Positions 60,801 to 64,000 of a stretch of DNA of 64,000 bases are shown piece after piece. The position numbers and the translations under genes were made by a program. The DNA is from Tubiluchus corallicola (Eukaryota > Animalia > Priapulida). Position 1 is the stretch's first letter; every line of letters starts with the position of its first letter. The notes under the pieces were generated by a model. The model was not told the DNA's origin. It was given only the letters and a program-made list of their open reading frames with translations, and ran no database searches. The DNA is taken from the NCBI GenBank assembly GCA_030141605.1, contig JAQGDQ010000967.1:1-64000 (forward strand), given 5' to 3'.

Positions 60801-63747
60801 CTAGTCTCCTGCCCACATGGAGAAGGGCAGTGAAGGACCAAAGGGTCATCTAGTCTCTTATATATAGATATAGATATATATATATAGTATATTAAAAATT
60901 AACGGTGATGCTGCGAATAACAAAAACAAAAACAAATAAGAAAAAAATAATAAAAACAGTATAAATGATACAAATTATCCAAAAAGAACTGAAAACAAAA
61001 AATAATAAGGTTAGATACCTAAATCTAAACAAAACAATACAATTATTCAGTAATTATGATTATTATATGTAGTAGTTTCAAATGGGGTCTTATTAACAGG
61101 GGAATTTGACCAAGGTTAGTGAGTAAAGTTAAAAACTGAGAGAAAAAATAAGCATCAAAAAAGTGTAATATAGAAAAATTTATGAGAAAAAGTAAGTATG
61201 AGAAAGAGCAACAATTACTTAGGAGATGAGGAGAAAAAAGAAAAGAAAAAACTTGCTAGCTTGCTTATTAGTCTTACAAGTTATGTACTACAGGTATATC
61301 CATTTAGTAAGATTTTTGGGTATGTTTTGGAAGCAGAAAATAAGCTGAGTGTGGAGAACTGAGTGTGAATGCAAGTAGCAGTTTGAAAGTGGCTTAACTG
61401 GACTTGCCACCTGCTTTGCAGAGCAGTTAGCTAAAGGTTTGCCATATTGCCCACATAGCACTGATGATGAAACCCGCAATGGAAATTTCGATTCTCGAAA
61501 TGTCTGGGGGGTTTTTGTAAGAAAGAATAAAATTTTAGCATTCCACGAATCCCCGGCTACCCACGGTTTTTGTCCCACTTTGGAAAGGTAATCAAACTTG
61601 AACTTGTTCATACCTGTTCGTACTCTAGTAAGCCATGTTTTTCTTTGTCTCTCATTGTTCTTTTTGCCAGGTACACGGCTAGAAAAAACAACAAAACTTC
61701 TCTTATAAGACAATCTATAAACACTACTTACTTCATTATTACACTTATTACTTTATTATTACACTTATTACTTCATTATTACACATTTTACTTCATTATC
61801 ACACTTATTACTTCATTATTACACTATTATTACACTACTTACCTCATTATTACACTACTTACCTCATTATTGCACTACTTACCTCATTCTTACACTAATT
61901 ACTTCATTATTACACTTATTACTTTATTATTACACTACTTACCTCATTACACTACTTACCTCGTTCTTACACTAATTACTTCATCACACTACATTATTAC
62001 GCTACTAACCTCATTACACTACTTACCTCATTATTACACTACTTACCTCGTTATTACACTAGTAATCTCTACACTGCTTACCTCATTATTACACTACGTA
62101 CTTTATTACTTCATTATTGTTTTGTTTAGGTTTATTTGGAAGACGTCATCGAGCGCTCTGTCAGCTTCGCGCAATTTCACCTGCAGAATACCATTTATGG
62201 AGCTTACGATCCGGTCTACAAGGTGGCGCCCAACTCTCGCGGTAAGTTTGTGAGGCGTGAGTCGGAGAAGCGTTATTGTGGTAGATGGTAAATGGTTTTT
62301 GTATCGGGATTCTCGGGTAACACTGAGTACTCTACGTGCAGGGACATGTTAGTGAAATTGAAATTGCAAATTGAAATGGAAATCATAATTTGCGAGGCGT
62401 AGACAACTGATACCAAACGAAACCGAACCGAAATCATTATTGCGAGACTAATTACCGTCAAAACTGAAAAAAACCCGAAATTAATAAAATCCCAGCAAAA
62501 AAGGTAGAACGATGTTTATGGTTAGAAATCATGATGCTTTGAATAAATGAACAAATTTTATTTTCTTAATATTTCGTTGCCTACATTTCATAAATTATCA
62601 AATTATATTCAAATGATGCTTTGATATTTCGGTTGATTGTGCCTGGAGACCTTGACAGTCATCAGCACTGAAGATGTGCCGCGTTGCCGTAAGAAGCATG
62701 CTACAAATGGTACAGAAAGCTATACAAACTATATGTACGCTTTACAAATATATATATATATATATTTGTATATAAATATATATATAAGATTCGAGGCTAC
62801 AGCTCCGACGACGGCACCATTTGCGGTGAGCTATATATCAAATGAAAGGTCTCGATCTAGTGTCGTGCGTGCCATTGGGGGTTTATTTTTGGAATCGGGC
62901 GCACCGGGAGGAACGGGGGGCGAAAAACCTCCAAAAATGGCCATTTTTCGGCAGTTCTTTGCAAAACTTATACCTCTTATTTCTGAAGAACTGGAACGGG
63001 CCGAGGGTGATGCTGGCTATGGGTAGATAGCCTGTTCAGCGGTGGGTGTCATAGGTCTATTTAGAATTTGCGAGAGGGTCACGGCGTCCCGTAACGGGCG
63101 TTTCCTGGACCCAACTCGCGATTTTTTCGAAATTTTGACCAAACAGCATGCGGAAAAAACGTTCTAGTGGCGCCCGGTGGGACTCTTGGAAGGAGATATA
63201 TGGCTCTTTAGAAAGAGGAAGAACGGGGCTGCACGATGATGTGGGCTATATGTTGGGACACGTCCAACAAGAGGAGTACCGACGAGTTAATTAGATGTTC
63301 TATTTTTGGCAATTTTCGCTTAGAAAACTGCTGACGCAAAGCCATTGATCTGACGTCATCCATTATACTCTGTCTATAACCTTATAATGTAAAAGCTGCT
63401 ACAGGCTTTGTGTTATAAATGAGGACTACGTAGGATGTTTGCGTATTATTGATTATAACTATATTTATGCGCAAAATTTTTGCGGGGCCTTTGCTAATAT
63501 ATATATTAATAGCAATATTGTTTAAACACTTATGTTTCTGACTTTAATTTTTTCATCGTGTTTTTTATCTTATTTATATTTCTCTTTTACAGAGGCTTTA
63601 GCAACTAGTAATCGTATGAAGCGGAGTCGGGCGCACGCTGTAACGTCTAGGCCTATTATTTCTCTGTATAATAAACTGGTTGATCTAGTCGGAACTTTTG
63701 CTGATTTAGTGGAGATACAAGCGCTGACGGATACGACTGTGTTACAG
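24924..63747 (+). CDS. NIPBL: Nipped-B-like cohesin loader (NIPBL/Scc2), 5' portion; 16 coding exons, 763 codons, continues past the window
   Basis: The N-terminus MNGEIPNVPIMTLAGIVSLSDLLPELPLPTPLPST matches the conserved NIPBL start. Later exons give LMDTGTFRKF, EAAKLKAMGVMD, LVKLLVILERNIRD, IMTSPNMPKQVYLEDVIER, FHLQNTIYGAYDPVYK and LYNKL...EIQALTDTTVLQ, all characteristic of NIPBL. Exon phases are consistent; total 2289 nt. Confidence 0.95.
29075..29447. repeat. Minisatellite, 16-bp unit ATGACGTATGCTGTAC, ~23 copies
   Basis: Direct inspection. Confidence 0.9.
32644..33111. mobile_element. Degenerate hAT-like MITE with internal tandem GAGACAAGGGGC repeats
   Basis: CAGGG...CCCCTG ends; near-matching 8-bp flanks CCTAGAAG/CTTAGAAA. 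Confidence 0.55.
33205..33330. repeat. GC-rich ~38-bp tandem repeat x3
   Basis: CTCGACCAC...CACCCCCGCAGCGTCGTGAATGG repeated. Confidence 0.85.
34120..34270. repeat. 51-bp tandem repeat x3
   Basis: ACGCGTGCCGCATGC...GCAGTACTTGGTG repeated. Confidence 0.85.
35040..35150 (+). mobile_element. tRNA-derived SINE head fragment
   Basis: A-box-like TAGTTCGAGAAGG and B-box GGTTCAACTCC, followed by a non-tRNA body ATACCAAAGATTTAAAAAATGG; no closable acceptor stem seen. Confidence 0.55.
36141..36249. repeat. (GATA)n microsatellite
   Basis: Direct inspection. Confidence 0.95.
37043..37683 (+). mobile_element. MITE family B copy
   Basis: TTAAAGCAAAACCGGATCCAATC...CTTCCTTTAA. Confidence 0.8.
38278..38679. 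mobile_element. hAT-like MITE with GGAGTC subterminal repeats
   Basis: TIR GGGGCTGTGGAGT/ACTCCACAGCCCC; degenerate 8-bp flanks ATTAACAT/GTTAAGAT. Confidence 0.7.
40193..40361 (+). CDS. NIPBL: NIPBL exon
   Basis: LLPELPLPTPLPSTMTNKSF...RDGNLVTQVAHALGKTSTDG; ttttttgcag|; 169 nt. Confidence 0.92.
40400..40914. mobile_element. MITE family A, TTAA TSD, TIR AGGAAAACCGGA(T/C)GATTGT (Kolobok-like); internally deleted copy at ~58680-58965
   Basis: TTAA at 40396-40399 and 40915-40918; terminal inverted repeats visible. Confidence 0.85.
41445..41660. repeat. ~33-bp pyrimidine-rich tandem repeat just upstream of the NIPBL acceptor at 41706
   Basis: TTTTACATTGCCCAA..CTGTCT recurs ~6 times. Confidence 0.85.
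41706..41806 (+). CDS. NIPBL: NIPBL exon
   Basis: IEMKDDSAM...PEILKMALLKNSNILKHH; 101 nt; donor GTGAGT. Confidence 0.88.
41840..42128. mobile_element. Degenerate Tc1/mariner-like MITE
   Basis: TA-flanked; inverted GTCGACTTAC/GTAAGTCGAC near the ends. Confidence 0.5.
42208..42714. mobile_element. Intact pogo/Tc1-mariner-like MITE, TA TSD
   Basis: TA-CAGTGGCCGCCGCTTATTGTGGACAC ... GTGTCCATAATAAGCGGCGGCCACTG-TA; subterminal TGTCCATATTAA repeats. Confidence 0.9.
42758..43378 (+). mobile_element. MITE family B copy
   Basis: Colinear with the 17183 and 37043 copies; ends GTCTTCCTTTAA. Confidence 0.8.
43964..44194 (+). CDS. NIPBL: NIPBL exon (low-complexity region)
   Basis: GLSNRFPVYQH...FPAQGQ; 231 nt, phase 1-1; strong splice sites. 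Confidence 0.8.
45381..45494 (+). CDS. NIPBL: NIPBL exon (alternative in-frame end at 45515)
   Basis: GTSSATINGQLPTPPTPLQHQSPK...FIKS; 114 nt, phase 1-1. Confidence 0.72.
45514..48079. mobile_element. Tc1/mariner-like element (same family as 9960-11274) containing a 1.9-kb satellite; fills almost the whole intron
   Basis: TA-CAGTAAGTCCTCTCTTAACG ... CATTAAGCGAGGACTTGCTG-TA. Confidence 0.82.
45893..47790. repeat. Minisatellite, 76-bp unit, ~25 copies, each with GTTACTAT(A/G)GCAAC
   Basis: Period 76 (45970, 46046...). Confidence 0.97.
48201..48323 (+). CDS. NIPBL: NIPBL exon
   Basis: ETPPDASQP...YQQHCA; ttttag| ... |GTAAG; 123 nt. Confidence 0.8.
48570..48947. mobile_element. hAT-like MITE
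   Basis: GGGTGTGCAAA...TTTGCACACCCCTG; flanks AATTACAA/ATTTACAA; GGCCCG subterminal repeats. Confidence 0.75.
49287..49699 (+). CDS. NIPBL: NIPBL exon
   Basis: GTSEAQAPVPPSP...KDKKQRKSKKK...ARVMLQPLSES; 413 nt, phase 1-0. Confidence 0.85.
51588..51863. repeat. Minisatellite, 20-bp unit GATACGAGTGATGTGGATGT, ~14 copies
   Basis: Near-perfect array ~60 nt before the acceptor at 51927. Confidence 0.97.
51927..52104 (+). CDS. NIPBL: NIPBL exon
   Basis: DRILAKR...FDDDDYDNDWSPTGKIKKK; 178 nt; donor A|GTAAG. Confidence 0.82.
53038..53132. repeat. 24-bp tandem repeat x4
   Basis: GATGTTATCTATGAATATCATTAT. Confidence 0.9.
53769..54200. mobile_element. Non-autonomous DNA element with CAGGGTTC(G/C)CAC termini; deleted copy at ~58475-58660
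   Basis: CAGGGTTCGCAC...GTGGGAATCCT; GTCAGGGAAA subrepeats; shared interior ATTGGCCGACACATTATATATCAG. Confidence 0.7.
54376..54540 (+). CDS. NIPBL: NIPBL exon
   Basis: NKKRKYEDDDSP...TLSERVKRRKR...APIG; 165 nt; not in the ORF track. Confidence 0.85.
54720..55056. repeat. 39-bp tandem expansion (~9 copies) inside a MITE family B copy
   Basis: GGCACTAGCGCCTGCATTTCG is single-copy in the other family members (~17372, ~37248). Confidence 0.92.
55916..55975 (+). CDS. NIPBL: NIPBL exon (Lys-rich, NLS-like)
   Basis: LPKKKKKKGHRESEKALTAE; 60 nt; donor G|GTAAGT. Confidence 0.88.
56894..56986 (+). CDS. NIPBL: NIPBL exon (first of 15 possible donors)
   Basis: ELMDTGTFRKFNHAMEAVFDSIDEVDVAVDQ; 93 nt. 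Confidence 0.9.
56942..57727 (+). repeat. 51-bp tandem array made of the NIPBL exon end plus donor, 15 full copies, in frame
   Basis: Unit CCGTGTTTGATAGCATAGATGAAGTGGACGTTGCAGTCGATCAGG|GTAAGT encodes VFDSIDEVDVAVDQGKS. Confidence 0.97.
57825..58095. repeat. (ATTAT)n microsatellite
   Basis: Direct inspection. Confidence 0.97.
58203..58306 (+). CDS. NIPBL: NIPBL exon
   Basis: EDDDACPPEIVISRSALHDLVHEAAKLKAMGVMDS; 104 nt. Confidence 0.92.
59098..59184 (+). CDS. NIPBL: NIPBL exon
   Basis: ISTSRLVKLLVILERNIRDAARLLLSLGD; 87 nt. Confidence 0.92.
59230..60368. repeat. ~78-bp tandem array, ~15 copies, filling most of a NIPBL intron
   Basis: TTGTTCAATTTAAATG(T)nACTCTAC...GAACAGGAATCTTTCAAGCTCA repeated; T-run length varies. 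Confidence 0.95.
60444..60563 (+). CDS. NIPBL: NIPBL exon
   Basis: NDNEDEELAWQEIIIERVMRSQNAALTAMFIMTSPNMPKQ; 120 nt. Confidence 0.94.
60597..61680 (-). mobile_element. Possible degraded non-LINE-assigned retrotransposon 3' remnant, including a 50-bp x3 repeat at 60680-60860
   Basis: - strand ends GAAAATAAATGTTCTATGT(CTATGT); an interrupted frame reads ..IISAMWAIWQ.., reminiscent of L1/Tx1 ORF2 C-termini; weak evidence. Confidence 0.3.
61720..62118. repeat. Degenerate ~20-bp array CATTATTACACTACTTACCT abutting the acceptor at 62130
   Basis: Direct inspection. Confidence 0.85.
62130..62241 (+). CDS. NIPBL: NIPBL exon
   Basis: VYLEDVIERSVSFAQFHLQNTIYGAYDPVYKVAPNSR; 112 nt. Confidence 0.94.
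63593..63747 (+). CDS. NIPBL: NIPBL exon
   Basis: EALATSNRMKRSR...LYNKLVDLVGTFADLVEIQALTDTTVLQ; 155 nt. Confidence 0.94.
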
Positions 63748-63759
63748 GTGAGGGGAAAA

Positions 63760-64000
63760 TCAAGTTTGTCTGTTTTGCAGCTGTCAAGTTTGGTAGTCAC
63801 AACTTTTTGTTGAATGTCAATGATGTAGCCTTTGTGATTATCAAGTTTGTCCGTTTTGCAGTTGTCAAGTTTGGGAACCACGACATTTTGTTGAATGTCT
63901 TTTGTAAATGATGTACCTTTGTGATTATCAAGTTTGTCTGTTTTGCAGTTGTCAAGTCTGGTAGTCGCGGCTTTTTGTTGAACGTCTTTTGTAAATGATG
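63760..64000 (+). repeat. 81-87-bp tandem array resembling an acceptor plus the start of the next NIPBL exon (truncated by the window end)
   Basis: TCAAGTTTGTC at 63760, 63841 and 63928; each unit has TTTTGCAG|(C/T)TG TCA AGT (T/C)TG G.. Confidence 0.85.

Overview
This is AT-rich animal (probably invertebrate) nuclear DNA with spliceosomal GT-AG introns, so most entries in the ORF track are artefacts. Two genes sit head-to-head. (1) On the - strand, a complete CLIP3/CLIP4-family gene: 11 coding exons at 17090->2203, ~752 aa, with ankyrin repeats and three CAP-Gly domains. (2) On the + strand, the 5' part of NIPBL/Nipped-B (cohesin loader): 16 coding exons at 24924->63747, 763 codons, running off the window end. 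They probably share a bidirectional promoter near 19.0-19.4 kb. The introns hold many non-autonomous DNA transposons (TA-, TTAA- and 8-bp-TSD types), LINE remnants, a 5S-rRNA-headed insertion with an 11-bp TSD, and numerous minisatellites. The most striking pattern is that several unrelated tandem arrays are copies of the host gene's own exon/intron junctions ('splice-site echo arrays'). Three are built from an exon 3' end plus its donor: 40-bp and ~33-bp units in CLIP4, and an in-frame 51-bp unit giving 15 tandem donors in NIPBL. One appears built from an acceptor plus the next exon start, and there is possibly a fifth. Exon coordinates were read by eye from splice signals, phase consistency and remembered family sequences; no database search was run.
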